A stretch of DNA of 28,827 bases from an uncultured Oscillospiraceae bacterium (GTDB taxonomy: Bacteria > Bacillota > Clostridia > Oscillospirales > Ruminococcaceae): assembly GCA_964506315.1 (NCBI GenBank), contig CAZDLQ010000001.1, positions 1-28,827 on the forward strand. The letters are read 5' to 3'. Position numbers and translations under genes: made by a program. The notes under the pieces are model-generated. The model made no database searches, had not been told where the DNA came from, and saw nothing but the letters and a program-made list of their open reading frames with translations. This document shows positions 1 through 9,297 of this stretch, piece after piece. Positions within the stretch are counted from its first letter, which is position 1, and the number at the start of each line of letters is the position of its first letter.

Positions 1-336
1 ACGCTTATCTCGGTTCAGGAGCGCACAAAGGAAATCGGAATACTAAGAGCAATCGGCGCTTCAAAGAAAAACGTTTCGCATATGTTTAATGCCGAAACGG
101 TAATTATCGGCTTTACGTCGGGCCTTATCGGCGTGCTTGTCACCTATCTCTTGTGCATACCGATAAATCTTATTTTAAATTACTTTACGGGCATTGCTAA
201 TCTAAAGGCATTCCTGCCCATTCCCATAGCGATTGTGCTTGTTGTTATAAGTATGATTCTTACGCTGTTTGCGGGAATTATCCCGTCCTCAAGCGCATCT
301 AAAAAGGATCCCGTTGTTGCACTTCGCACCGAATAA
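1..336 (+). CDS. ABC transporter permease, MacB/FtsX family (C-terminal part, truncated by window start)
   Basis: Frame is open from base 1 (TLISVQERTKEIGILRAIGA...) and ends with the typical FtsX-family ...ASKKDPVVALRTE; hydrophobic TM segments. Confidence 0.9.
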   Translation, partial: TLISVQERTKEIGILRAIGASKKNVSHMFNAETVIIGFTSGLIGVLVTYLLCIPINLILNYFTGIANLKAFLPIPIAIVLVVISMILTLFAGIIPSSSASKKDPVVALRTE

Positions 337-343
337 TTTTTTA

Positions 344-373
344 AAAACCTCTCTAAAAATTTAGAGAGGTTTT
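344..373 (+). terminator. Intrinsic terminator after ABC permease
   Basis: AAAACCTCTCTAAA-aa-TTTAGAGAGGTTTT inverted repeat just after the stop codon. Confidence 0.75.
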
Positions 374-386
374 GTTGTATAAAGAA

Positions 387-759
387 AACCACGCGATAGT
401 CGCGTGGTTCAAAATGGGTTAACCGATGAAAAAAATTAAGTAAAATCACAAAAACAAAAAGCGTTAACATGCCTGCCTCCCTCTGACGAGGGAGGTGGAT
501 TTTTGCGAAGCAAAAAGACGGAGGGAGAGAAAAAACATAGAAAATATCTTGGGTTATATTATTCTCTCCCTCAGTTTCGCTAACGCTCAACAGCTCCCTC
601 GTCAGAGGGAGCCAAGCACGTAAACAACCAGTTTACTGGTAGCAAGCATATGGTGCATGGCTGGCAGTTAAGCAAAAAACGCATTTATGCGCAGTCAGTA
701 ATGATTAGGGCTATGCCCGAAAATAAAAAATCACCCGCTATGCGGGTGGTTTTTTATTT
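387..759. mobile_element. Probable non-autonomous IS200/IS605-like relic (end hairpins, no tnpA)
   Basis: Left hairpin AACCACGCGA-tag-TCGCGTGGTT (387-409), right hairpin ATCACCCGC-tat-GCGGGTGGT (730-750), and AACCAGTTTACTGGTAGCAAG (626-646; NQFTGSK) resembling, from recollection, the DPFTGSK* end of clostridial IS200 tnpA. Confidence 0.45.
475..613 (+). repeat. REP-like multi-hairpin palindromic element, copy 1
   Basis: Terminal inverted repeats GCCTCCCTCTGACGAGGGAG / CTCCCTCGTCAGAGGGAGCC, each itself a hairpin; internal hairpins; homologous to 7831-7943 in opposite orientation. Confidence 0.8.
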
Positions 760-765
760 TTTTAA

Positions 766-794
766 TTGACATACAGGGCGCGTTTTGATAAAAT
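766..794 (+). promoter_or_regulatory. sigma-A promoter of purA
   Basis: TTGACA-17bp-TAAAAT with extended -10 TG. Confidence 0.85.
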
Positions 795-837
795 AAGAAT
801 GTTGTTTTTAAACTTACTTGAAAGGGAGATTTAACTT

Positions 838-2112
838 ATGGTTAAAGCAGTAGTAGGAGCTAACTGGGGCGACGAGGGTAAGGGCAAAATTACCGACCTT
901 CTCGCAAAAGATGCCGACATTGTTGTTCGTTTCCAAGGCGGTGCAAACGCAGGCCACACAATTAAGAACGACTATGGCAAATTTGCACTTCACACACTTC
1001 CCTCGGGCGTTTTTAACGAGGGCGTTATCAACTGCATCGGTAACGGTGTTGCGCTTGACGTTGAAAAGCTTTTAAAGGAAATTGAGGACGTTGTGTCAAA
1101 AGGTGTTCCCGCGCCTAAAATTATGGTTTCCGAGCGTTGTCAAATGGTTATGCCCTATCACGTGCTTTTTGACGTGTACGAGGAAGAGCGTCTTGGCAAG
1201 GCAAGCTTTGGCTCTACAAAAAGCGGTATTGCTCCCTTTTATTCCGATAAATATGCAAAAATCGGTTTCCAAGTTTGTGAGCTTTTCGACGAAGAGCGTC
1301 TTATGGAAAAATTAAAGAACGTGCTCTCGGTCAAAAACATTCTTATTAAAAACCTTTACGGCAAAGAGCCTCTTGATGCCGAGGAAATTTTCAAAACCCT
1401 TATGAAATGGCGTGACGGCATCGCTCCCTACGTAGGCGACGTTAGAAAGCTTGTTTACGAGGCTGAAAAAGAGGGCAAGACCGTGCTTTTAGAGGGACAG
1501 CTCGGCACCTTAAAGGATGCCGACCACGGCATTTATCCTATGGTAACCTCGTCTAACACCATCGCAGGCTACGGCTGTGCGGGCGCGGGCGTTCCCCCTT
1601 ACGCAATAAAGGAAATTTACACTGTTGTTAAGGCTTATTCGTCGGCAGTCGGCGCAGGCGCTTTCGTTAGTGAGATTTTCGGCGACGAGGCCGAAGAGAT
1701 GCGTAAAAACGGCGGCGACGGCGGCGAGTACGGTGCTACCACTGGCAGACCGAGAAGAATGGGCTGGTTTGATGCCGTTGCTACCCGTTACGGCTGTGAG
1801 GTGCAGGGCACAACACACGCAGTTTTAACCGTAATTGACGCGCTCGGTTACTTGGACGAGCTTAAAGTGTGCGTAGGCTACGAGATTGACGGCAAAATCA
1901 CCCGCGATTTCCCCGTAACTCCGCTTCTTGAGAAGGCTAAACCTGTATACGAAACTCTTCCCGGCTGGAAGTGTGACGTGCGCGGAATTAGAAAATACGA
2001 GGACCTTCCCGAAAACTGCAAAAAGTACATAGAGTTTATCGAAAAGGAAATCGGCTTTAAGTTTGCAATAGTCACAAACGGCCCTGCAAGAGAAGAAATT
2101 ATTATTAGATAA
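838..2112 (+). CDS. purA: Adenylosuccinate synthetase
   Basis: GANWGDEGKGK, RFQGGANAGHT and EYGATTGRPRR signatures; 424 aa; RBS AGGGAG. Confidence 0.98.
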   Translation: MVKAVVGANWGDEGKGKITDLLAKDADIVVRFQGGANAGHTIKNDYGKFALHTLPSGVFNEGVINCIGNGVALDVEKLLKEIEDVVSKGVPAPKIMVSERCQMVMPYHVLFDVYEEERLGKASFGSTKSGIAPFYSDKYAKIGFQVCELFDEERLMEKLKNVLSVKNILIKNLYGKEPLDAEEIFKTLMKWRDGIAPYVGDVRKLVYEAEKEGKTVLLEGQLGTLKDADHGIYPMVTSSNTIAGYGCAGAGVPPYAIKEIYTVVKAYSSAVGAGAFVSEIFGDEAEEMRKNGGDGGEYGATTGRPRRMGWFDAVATRYGCEVQGTTHAVLTVIDALGYLDELKVCVGYEIDGKITRDFPVTPLLEKAKPVYETLPGWKCDVRGIRKYEDLPENCKKYIEFIEKEIGFKFAIVTNGPAREEIIIR

Positions 2113-2124
2113 AATCAAAATTTT

Positions 2125-2167
2125 AAGCAGTTGCTCTTATTTAGAGCAACTGCTTTTTTGTTTTTTT
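2125..2167 (+). terminator. Intrinsic terminator of purA
   Basis: AAGCAGTTGCTCT-tattt-AGAGCAACTGCTT followed by a T-run. Confidence 0.85.
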
Positions 2168-2185
2168 GGCATATATCCTTTTATC

Positions 2186-2214
2186 TTGACACTTTGTGCG
2201 AATTTTAGTATAAT
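2186..2214 (+). promoter_or_regulatory. Perfect consensus sigma-A promoter
   Basis: TTGACA-17bp-TATAAT. Confidence 0.9.
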
Positions 2215-2216
2215 AC

Positions 2217-2377
2217 TTGTTGCTACACAACCTAATAATTTTTGCTGTTATGGGAAACATACTTTGGTAAAAAGTGTTTCTCTTTTTCCTCATACCCATA
2301 GCGGCAGAGGTTGTGTAGCAACAATTGAGAGATTCACTTTTTCGTGCGTCTCTTGTTGGGGCGCACTTTTTTATTTT
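2217..2377 (+). ncRNA. Candidate structured leader/sRNA ending in an intrinsic terminator
   Basis: Perfect 17-bp inverted repeat 2217-2233/2308-2324, inner stem with G-U pairs, terminator GTGCGTCTC-ttgtt-GGGGCGCAC+T-run; begins right after the promoter. Confidence 0.6.
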
Positions 2378-2406
2378 AGAAAAAATATGAAATGGTAGGT
2401 TATAAC

Positions 2407-2637
2407 ATGGATATTATTATATCTATTTTACCTTTGTTTTTATTGTCATTTATATTGGGAATTATTCTCGGAACCATTATAGCTGTTTGCGGAGTAATTA
2501 AGCAAAAAATCAAACTTGCCATCGGCGGTTTTTTTGCTTGTGTAGGTGCTTCTCTTTTGCTTGGTGCAATTTTGGGAATACCTATTTTTTGTATATTTTT
2601 ACACTTAATATTAAAAAAGAAAAAAACGGACGAATAA
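2407..2637 (+). CDS. Small membrane protein (76 aa), hypothetical
   Basis: Hydrophobic helices with a basic C-tail (KKKKTDE); AT-rich; start moved to ATG 2407 behind GGTAGG. Confidence 0.65.
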   Translation: MDIIISILPLFLLSFILGIILGTIIAVCGVIKQKIKLAIGGFFACVGASLLLGAILGIPIFCIFLHLILKKKKTDE

Positions 2638-2738
2638 ATATAAAAAGTGTGCCCCACTATAATCAATAATAAAATCAAATATCTCAAGAGAGTATATACC
2701 GTGCTTTTTTTCTTAACACATTAAATATAAAAAAGCAC

Positions 2739-2767
2739 TTGCAATTTATATATTAGTGTGCTATAAT
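2739..2767 (+). promoter_or_regulatory. sigma-A promoter of rpmE
   Basis: TTGCAA-17bp-TATAAT with extended -10 TG. Confidence 0.8.
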
Positions 2768-2900
2768 ACATATTGCTTTGTACGTGTGGGCAAAATCTCA
2801 CGCTATTGGCAGGCAGCTACATTAGCGGGGAATGTTTAGCGTAGGTCACAGCTTGCGCGACAGAAACAGACAGACCGCAAATTTTAAAGAGGTGAAAATA

Positions 2901-3104
2901 ATGAGAAAAGGCATTCATCCCGATTACAAGACCGTTACTGTAAAGTGCGCTTGCGGTGCTACTTTTGAGACAAAGTCAACTGCTGATGAGATCCGTGTTG
3001 AAATTTGTTCAAAATGTCACCCTTTCTTCACCGGCAGACAAAAGCTGGTTGACACCGGTGGCCGTGTTGATAGATTTAAGAAGCGTTTCGGTATGGACAA
3101 ATAA
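2901..3104 (+). CDS. rpmE: 50S ribosomal protein L31 (zinc-binding type A)
   Basis: MRKGIHPDY...CACG...[10 protein letters not shown]...[12 protein letters not shown]; start ATG 2901 after GAGGTG RBS. Confidence 0.97.
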   Translation: MRKGIHPDYKTVTVKCACGATFETKSTADEIRVEICSKCHPFFTGRQKLVDTGGRVDRFKKRFGMDK

Positions 3105-3115
3105 TCAAAGCATCA

Positions 3116-3149
3116 AAAAAGGGCTGTCTTATAAAAGACGGCCCTTTTT
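3116..3149 (+). terminator. Intrinsic terminator of rpmE
   Basis: AAAAAGGGCTGTCTT-ataa-AAGACGGCCCTTTTT. Confidence 0.8.
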
Positions 3150-3186
3150 GCCCTCTATTAAAATTAACTGAAAGGAATGAAATTTT

Positions 3187-3810
3187 ATGGCAAAGAACTA
3201 CAAAACTGCCGCCGCTGAGGCAGTTAGCGAGTTTGTTGAGAAAAAATCGCGCTTTATTTCTTATCTTGCACCCGTAGAAACCGAAAAGCAGGCAGTAGAA
3301 TTTTTGTCTAAAATTTCATCTATGCATAGAGAGGCCACACACGTGGTTTACGCCTACAGCCTGCTTGAAGGGCAAATTAAGCGCTACAGCGACGACGGCG
3401 AGCCGAGCGGTACTGCAGGTATGCCCACCCTTGACGTGCTACTTCACAAGGAAATATACAACGTTGCCATAGCAACCGTGCGCTATTTTGGCGGCACACT
3501 GCTTGGCACGGGCGGCCTTACACGCGCTTATTCAAAGGGCGCAAGCGACGTTGTTAATGCCGCTAACATTATCACCCGCACCTTTGGTGACAGGGTTGAG
3601 GTCACGGTTCCCTACAACCTTTACGGCAGGATTTCACCATATTTAAACGCTCAAAATATTGCCATAATTTCAAGCGATTTTGGCGAAAACGTGCTTATAA
3701 ACATCTTTTCCCCTGCCGCTTTTACCGAGAGGCTTGAGGCTGAGCTTGTAGAGCTTACAAACGCAGTTGCAAAAATTGAGCGAAAAGAGCAGTTATTTTT
3801 TGACATTTAA
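3187..3810 (+). CDS. yigZ: YigZ/IMPACT family protein
   Basis: EKKSRF, ATHVVYAY, SDDGEPSGTAG and VRYFGGTLLGTGGLTRAY motifs. Confidence 0.92.
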   Translation: MAKNYKTAAAEAVSEFVEKKSRFISYLAPVETEKQAVEFLSKISSMHREATHVVYAYSLLEGQIKRYSDDGEPSGTAGMPTLDVLLHKEIYNVAIATVRYFGGTLLGTGGLTRAYSKGASDVVNAANIITRTFGDRVEVTVPYNLYGRISPYLNAQNIAIISSDFGENVLINIFSPAAFTERLEAELVELTNAVAKIERKEQLFFDI

Positions 3811-3828
3811 TATTTTTTGTGGTATAAT
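3800..3828 (+). promoter_or_regulatory. sigma-A promoter of the dgt-dnaG-rpoD operon
   Basis: TTGACA-17bp-TATAAT with extended -10 TG, overlapping the yigZ 3' end. Confidence 0.85.
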
Positions 3829-3876
3829 ATACTTGGGTAAGTATAATGATTTAATTTCTACCGAAGGGAGAATATT

Positions 3877-4872
3877 ATGACCATTAGAGAAATGACGGAA
3901 GATAGAGAGAGGTTGCTGCTCGCTCCCGACGCTTGTCTTGCCAAAAACTCAAAGGGTAGAGAGCGCTTTGAAGAGCCTTGCGAGCTGAGAACCTGTTTTC
4001 AGCGTGACAGGGACCGAATAATTCACTGCAAAGCCTTTCGTAGATTAAAGCACAAAACTCAGGTTTTCCTCTCACCCGAGGGCGACCATTACCGCACCCG
4101 ACTCACGCACACGCTTGAGGTTGCGCAAATTGCGAGGACTATCGCACGCGCTATGCGTCTTAACGAGGACTTGACCGAAGCGGCCGCTTTAGGACACGAT
4201 TTAGGTCACACACCGTTTGGACACGCAGGCGAGCGTACTCTAAACGAAATCTCGCCCGACGGCTTTAAGCACTACAAGCACAGCGTTCGCGTTGCGCAAA
4301 AGCTTGAAAAGGGCGGCGCAGGACTTAACCTCTCACACGAGGTGCTTGACGCTATTTTGTGTCACACAAATCAAGTTGCCGAAACTCTTGAAGGCAGAAT
4401 TATCGAAATTGCCGACAAGATTGCTTATATAAATCACGATATTGACGACGCCTGCAACGCAGGTATTATCTCAAGTGAGGATTTGCCTCAGGACGCTATT
4501 GACGTGCTTGGCAAAACAAGGTCACAGCGTATCTCGACGCTTGTGCGCAGTATCATTACCGACGATACACGAAGCATCAAAATGGCGCCGCACATTAGGC
4601 GCGCGTTTGATACCCTGCACACCTTTATGTATCAAACCGTTTACCTTGGCTCAGCCGCCAAAAGCGAAGAAGGCAAGGCGCAGGATATTATAAAATATCT
4701 CTATGATTACTTCAAAAATCACCCTGAAAAGCTCCCCGATATGTATGCCGAAATTTGCATAAAAGAGGGCGTTGACAGGGCTGTTTGCGATTATATTGCA
4801 GGTATGTCCGACCGATATGCCATAAAATATTACGAGGAGCTTGTTATCCCGAAGGCTTGGTCGATTTACTAA
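3877..4872 (+). CDS. dgt: Deoxyguanosinetriphosphate triphosphohydrolase (HD family)
   Basis: FQRDRDRIIH, FRRLKHKTQVF, RTRLTHTLEV, GHDLGHTPFGHAGE and DYIAGMSDRYA motifs. Confidence 0.95.
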   Translation: MTIREMTEDRERLLLAPDACLAKNSKGRERFEEPCELRTCFQRDRDRIIHCKAFRRLKHKTQVFLSPEGDHYRTRLTHTLEVAQIARTIARAMRLNEDLTEAAALGHDLGHTPFGHAGERTLNEISPDGFKHYKHSVRVAQKLEKGGAGLNLSHEVLDAILCHTNQVAETLEGRIIEIADKIAYINHDIDDACNAGIISSEDLPQDAIDVLGKTRSQRISTLVRSIITDDTRSIKMAPHIRRAFDTLHTFMYQTVYLGSAAKSEEGKAQDIIKYLYDYFKNHPEKLPDMYAEICIKEGVDRAVCDYIAGMSDRYAIKYYEELVIPKAWSIY

Positions 4873-4901
4873 ACCAAATTAAAACAAAAGGGGGAAATTA
4901 T

Positions 4902-6701
4902 ATGCGTTTATCGGAAGATTTTTTAAGCGAGCTTCGTGCGCGCTGCGATATTGAAAACATAATTTCCCAGTACGTTGTTTTAAAGAAAAACGGCAGGAGC
5001 CTTAAAGGTCTTTGTCCGTTCCACAGCGAGAAAACTCCGTCCTTTAACGTTTCCTCGGACAAGCAGCTTTTTTACTGCTTCGGTTGCGGCGCAGGCGGAG
5101 ACGTTGTTACCTTTATTATGAAGGCCGAAAATCTTTCCTATCCCGAGGCGGTAAAATTCCTTGCCGAAAAGGTAGGTCTCGCCGTTCCCGAGGATAATAT
5201 CGACGATGGCGCCGCTCGGCTTAAAGGGCGAATTTTGGAAATAAACCGCGAGACCGCGCGCTTTTTCCACGCCGCTCTACGCGCACCGCAAGGCGCTACT
5301 GCGCTAAAATACGTAACCGAGCGCGGACTTGACGCAAAAACTGTCAACCGTTTTGGACTCGGATACGCGCCTGACAGCTGGGATAGTCTTATAAAACATC
5401 TTCGCAAAAAAGGCTTTTCGGATGCCGAAATGACGGCGGCAGGCGTTGCAACGCGCACCCAAAAAGGCAATTTTATTGACTTTTTTAGAAACCGTCTTAT
5501 GTTCCCTATCATTGACATTCGCGGAAATGTTATCGCTTTCGGCGGAAGACGACTGAGCGGCGAGGACAAGGGTCCCAAATACCTTAACACCGGCGAAACG
5601 GCAGTTTTTGTCAAAAACAGGAATTTGTACGCGCTAAATTATGCAAAATCGTCGGTCTTTGCCGAGGAGCTTGCAAAATCGGGGCGCGACAGGTTTTTCA
5701 TTCTTTGCGAGGGTTATATGGACGTTATCGCACTGCATCAGGCAGGCTTTGACAACGCCGTTGCCCCGCTCGGAACGGCGCTGACCGATAACCAAGTGAG
5801 AATAATGTCAAAATACGTTCCCGAGGTGCTTATCGCAACCGACGCCGACGAAGCAGGTCAAAAGGCGGCACGCCGCAGCTTCGGACTACTTGATGCGGCA
5901 GGCGTTTCATCTCGAATTATAAAAATCACGGGCGCAAAAGACCCCGATGAGTTTATCAAAAAATACGGAAAACAACGCTTTGCTCAGCTTTTATCAGCAA
6001 GCGTTAGTGCAATAGAAAACGAGCTTGACGCAACTCTTAAAAAGCACGACGTTTCGACCGATTCGGGCAAGGTTTCGGCTCTAAAGGAAGCTTCCAAAAT
6101 ACTTGCCACTATTTCAAATCCCATTGAGCGAGATGTTTACATCTCGCGACTTGCAAATACGCTTAACGTTTCAGCGCAAGCTATATCGCAAAACGTACAA
6201 AGCCTCATTCGCCAAAACAAAAACACTCAGGCGAAAAAAGAGCGCCAAAGCCTTACCGTGCAAAACGGTCTTCGCGATAACGTCAATCCGCAAAAACGTA
6301 AGCTTTTATCGGCAGCCGTTTGTGAGGAATGGCTACTCGGTTCGCTTTTCGGCAACCCCGACTTTTTGAAGATAATAGACAAGCACGCGGTCACTCGCGA
6401 TGACTTTGTCACCGATTGGGGTAAAAAAATGTTTGACGTCATTTTGCCGGTGGCGAGAGAGTCGGACACCCTCGATTTACTGTCACTCGGAGCGCTTATC
6501 ACTCCCGACGAGATGGCAAGGCTTGCCGCAACCATTTCCCGCGAGGGAAATTACGTTCGCACAAGCGAGCAGTTTGAGGAGGTTATATTTTCCCTGCGTG
6601 CCGAACGGGATAAGGCACTGCTTTCGGGAGATAATGTTAAGAGCATGGACGATGAGAGTCTGCGCGATTTAATTGAAAAACTTGGAAAAGATAAAAAATA
6701 G
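4902..6701 (+). CDS. dnaG: DNA primase
   Basis: Zn finger [11 protein letters not shown]...CFGC, PKYLN, TOPRIM EGYMDV and DADEAG, KDPDE; start ATG 4902 after GGGGG RBS. Confidence 0.97.
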   Translation: MRLSEDFLSELRARCDIENIISQYVVLKKNGRSLKGLCPFHSEKTPSFNVSSDKQLFYCFGCGAGGDVVTFIMKAENLSYPEAVKFLAEKVGLAVPEDNIDDGAARLKGRILEINRETARFFHAALRAPQGATALKYVTERGLDAKTVNRFGLGYAPDSWDSLIKHLRKKGFSDAEMTAAGVATRTQKGNFIDFFRNRLMFPIIDIRGNVIAFGGRRLSGEDKGPKYLNTGETAVFVKNRNLYALNYAKSSVFAEELAKSGRDRFFILCEGYMDVIALHQAGFDNAVAPLGTALTDNQVRIMSKYVPEVLIATDADEAGQKAARRSFGLLDAAGVSSRIIKITGAKDPDEFIKKYGKQRFAQLLSASVSAIENELDATLKKHDVSTDSGKVSALKEASKILATISNPIERDVYISRLANTLNVSAQAISQNVQSLIRQNKNTQAKKERQSLTVQNGLRDNVNPQKRKLLSAAVCEEWLLGSLFGNPDFLKIIDKHAVTRDDFVTDWGKKMFDVILPVARESDTLDLLSLGALITPDEMARLAATISREGNYVRTSEQFEEVIFSLRAERDKALLSGDNVKSMDDESLRDLIEKLGKDKK

Positions 6702-6714
6702 AGGAGAATTTATT

Positions 6715-7800
6715 ATGGCTTCACAAGATAAAAACAAGCTTATTTCCGACCTTATTGAAATTGGAAAACAGCGCGGCGAGCTTACCACCCAGCAAATCAA
6801 CGATTTGCTTGAAGAGTTCGACTTTGACGTTGAGCAGGTAGACAAGCTTTATGAAAAAATCGAAGGCTCTAACATTAAAATCGTTGAGGACTTAGAGCTT
6901 GACATTGACACCGATATTGAAAATATGCCGCTTGAGGGACTTACTGAGGGTGAAGACACCGCTGACTCGCCCAAGGTTGACGATCCTGTTAAAGTTTATC
7001 TTAAGGAAATCGGCCGCGTTCCCCTGCTTTCCGCTGAAGAGGAGCTTTTGCTCTCCGAGCAAATGGCCGCAGGCGACGAGGTTGCCGCAAGAAGACTCAG
7101 TGAGGCAAACCTTAGACTTGTTGTAAGCATCGCAAAGAGATACGTCGGACGCGGAATGCAGTTTTTAGACCTTATCCAAGAGGGTAACTTGGGACTTATC
7201 AAGGCCGTTGAGAAATTCGACTACACTAAGGGCTTTAAGTTCTCAACCTACGCTACCTGGTGGATTAGACAGTCTATCACAAGAGCTATTGCCGACCAAG
7301 CAAGAACCATTCGTATCCCTGTTCACATGGTTGAAACAATCAATAAGGTTAAAAAGGTTTCAAGTCAGCTGTTACATAAGAACGGCCACGAACCTACCGC
7401 GGAAGAAATCGCCGCTGAGATTGATATGCCTGTTGAGAAGGTTAGCGAGATTATGCGCGTTTCGCAGGAGCCTGTTTCGCTTGAAACACCTATCGGTGAA
7501 GAGGAAGACAGCCATCTTGGCGATTTCATTCCCGACGACGACGCTCCCGCACCCGCTGAGGCCGCTTCCTACACTCTTTTAAAGGAGCAAATCGGCAAAG
7601 TGCTTTCCACCCTCACTCCGCGTGAGGAAAAGGTGCTTCGCCTTCGTTTCGGACTTGAGGACGGTAGACCGAGAACTCTCGAAGAGGTTGGTAAGGAATT
7701 TAACGTAACCCGTGAGAGAATTAGACAAATTGAGGCAAAGGCCTTAAGAAAACTCCGCCACCCCGGCAGAAGCAAAAAGCTCCGCGATTTTCTCGACTAA
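6715..7800 (+). CDS. rpoD: RNA polymerase primary sigma factor SigA/RpoD
   Basis: [37 protein letters not shown] and [19 protein letters not shown]; start ATG 6715 after GAGGAG. Confidence 0.98.
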   Translation: MASQDKNKLISDLIEIGKQRGELTTQQINDLLEEFDFDVEQVDKLYEKIEGSNIKIVEDLELDIDTDIENMPLEGLTEGEDTADSPKVDDPVKVYLKEIGRVPLLSAEEELLLSEQMAAGDEVAARRLSEANLRLVVSIAKRYVGRGMQFLDLIQEGNLGLIKAVEKFDYTKGFKFSTYATWWIRQSITRAIADQARTIRIPVHMVETINKVKKVSSQLLHKNGHEPTAEEIAAEIDMPVEKVSEIMRVSQEPVSLETPIGEEEDSHLGDFIPDDDAPAPAEAASYTLLKEQIGKVLSTLTPREEKVLRLRFGLEDGRPRTLEEVGKEFNVTRERIRQIEAKALRKLRHPGRSKKLRDFLD

Positions 7801-7830
7801 GTTAAAAGCGTTGAATGGGTAGTTATTTAA

Positions 7831-7943
7831 GGCTCCCCTGTGTAAGGGGAGCTGTCAGCAAAGCTGACTGAGGGGTTGTTTTTCCACTACAATCCCTCCG
7901 TCTTTGCCTACGGCAAATCCACCTCCCTTTGCACAAGGGAGGC
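7831..7943 (-). repeat. REP-like multi-hairpin palindromic element, copy 2
   Basis: Reverse complement aligns with 475-613 (GCCTCCC..GGGAGGTGGATTT..AAAGACGGAGGGA..CCCTCAGT..ACAGCTCCC..GGGAGCC) with compensatory stem changes. Confidence 0.8.
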
Positions 7944-7990
7944 TTTTTTCTAAAAACAACGATTGTTTCCCGAACTTTAAAACAGCAAAT

Positions 7991-8025
7991 AAAAAGCTTC
8001 CAAAGTTTACTTTGGAAGCTTTTTT
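7991..8025. terminator. Bidirectional terminator between rpoD and the convergent phage-like operon
   Basis: AAAAAGCTTCCAAAG-ttta-CTTTGGAAGCTTTTT. Confidence 0.85.
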
Positions 8026-8028
8026 ATT

Positions 8029-8667
8029 TTACCCAAGTGCCTTTTTAGCGTTAGCGATTTTTTCGCTTAAATCAGCTATCTTTTGCTCGGCTGTTTTTAG
8101 GCTTTGTTGCAGGGTGGTTATTTGCTCCTGTAATTTCTCGGCGGCGTCCACCGCTTCGTTTTTCTTTTGGTCAAAGCTTTGCAGCACTGCCGAGAGAGCA
8201 CTCTTTTGACAGCTTGCGTCAAATTTAAAGTTGGTGCTCTTGAGCCCTGTGCACTTTTTGTTTGGAATGAGCAAATACTCGCTTGGGCAAACGGGCGTGT
8301 TGTCAATGCGCATTTCGATATGAACGTGCACACCGCTGCAGTTTCCCGTCGCGCCCATCTTACCAAGGCGAGTGAGCCTGTTTACGCTATCGCCTTTTTT
8401 GACCTTGACGCTATCTTTCACAAGATGGCAAACGATAATTCTTATTCTATCAAGGCCCTTAGGTCTCACCGAAACGTATCTTCCCCAGCCGTTCTCGTCC
8501 CAGCCGACTACCGTAACCTCGCCGTCGCAAACGCTGTAAATATCCTTTTGCGAAGCGGTGATGTCAATGCCCTTGTGGTAGGTCGACCAGTATTTTCCCG
8601 TTTGACCGAAGGTGGCGGTAATGTTAAAGTCGCCGTTTACAGGCAGGTTTGTCACGTACTGCGCCAT
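8029..8667 (-). CDS. M23-family peptidase (putative endolysin) with C-terminal coiled coil
   Basis: HKGID (HxxxD) and HVH (HxH) zinc motifs, GKMGATGN; no signal peptide; TAATG overlap with the holin. Confidence 0.85.
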   Translation of the reverse strand: MAQYVTNLPVNGDFNITATFGQTGKYWSTYHKGIDITASQKDIYSVCDGEVTVVGWDENGWGRYVSVRPKGLDRIRIIVCHLVKDSVKVKKGDSVNRLTRLGKMGATGNCSGVHVHIEMRIDNTPVCPSEYLLIPNKKCTGLKSTNFKFDASCQKSALSAVLQSFDQKKNEAVDAAEKLQEQITTLQQSLKTAEQKIADLSEKIANAKKALG

Positions 8668-8978
8668 TATATTTCCACATCCGTTTCCTCGTAAGGCAGT
8701 ATCACCTTGCTTGATGTGAGCTTCTTTAGAAGGTCGTTTATGTAGTTGCTTCCGCGCGATATTAACACGCCTGTAATTATCATTCCCACAAACGGAATAC
8801 TGCTGCTAACGCCCACCGCCGAGGGAATGTCAAGCCCGTAGGCTATGCACACCGCGATGCTCAAAACAGCGGACACAAGCATCGGCCACTTAAACTCCCT
8901 GTTGACAACCCAGGTTTTTATATAGGTTACTACCGCCTCAACTAAAACTGCCATAATTAAAATTGCCGTGATTTCCAT
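8667..8978 (-). CDS. Putative holin
   Basis: 103 aa with about 3 TM segments and ITGVLISRGSNYINDL, a pattern typical of small Firmicutes phage holins; directly upstream of the lysin. Confidence 0.75.
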   Translation of the reverse strand: MEITAILIMAVLVEAVVTYIKTWVVNREFKWPMLVSAVLSIAVCIAYGLDIPSAVGVSSSIPFVGMIITGVLISRGSNYINDLLKKLTSSKVILPYEETDVEI

Positions 8979-8997
8979 AACGTTCTCCTTTCGCGTT

Positions 8998-9297
8998 TTA
9001 TTTCATTACAAGCGAAAGAATATTCGCAAGCACCGAGCTTACTGCCGCTGTCAAAATCGCGCCGATAATGAGTTTTTTATAGTGCGAAAAGCTCTCGGCA
9101 GGCTCTCTTTCCACCACAAGCAGTCTATTGCCCATATCGTCCACCTTGCTGTCGATGGACTCGGTTTTTTGTGCAATTTTCTCGACCGCATTGGTAAGCC
9201 TACGAATATCCTTTACCTCTTCCTTGATTTCGGAGAGCTGATGAAAAATGTTTTTGTCATCAGCCTCAAGCTTTGCAAGCCGTTCATGAATTTCCAT
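8998..9297 (-). CDS. XhlA-like phage membrane protein (coiled coil plus C-terminal TM)
   Basis: Heptad N-terminus, single C-terminal hydrophobic helix, position just before the holin. Confidence 0.6.
   Translation of the reverse strand: MEIHERLAKLEADDKNIFHQLSEIKEEVKDIRRLTNAVEKIAQKTESIDSKVDDMGNRLLVVEREPAESFSHYKKLIIGAILTAAVSSVLANILSLVMK

Noticed and set aside
180..590. 136-aa minus-strand ORF, and similarly 7904-8209 on +
   Set aside because: These are read-throughs of the REP-like palindrome and antisense to real genes; no family features.
2217..2324. 6S RNA or SRP RNA
   Set aside because: Too short for 6S with no central symmetric bubble; no SRP GGAA-loop domain motif.
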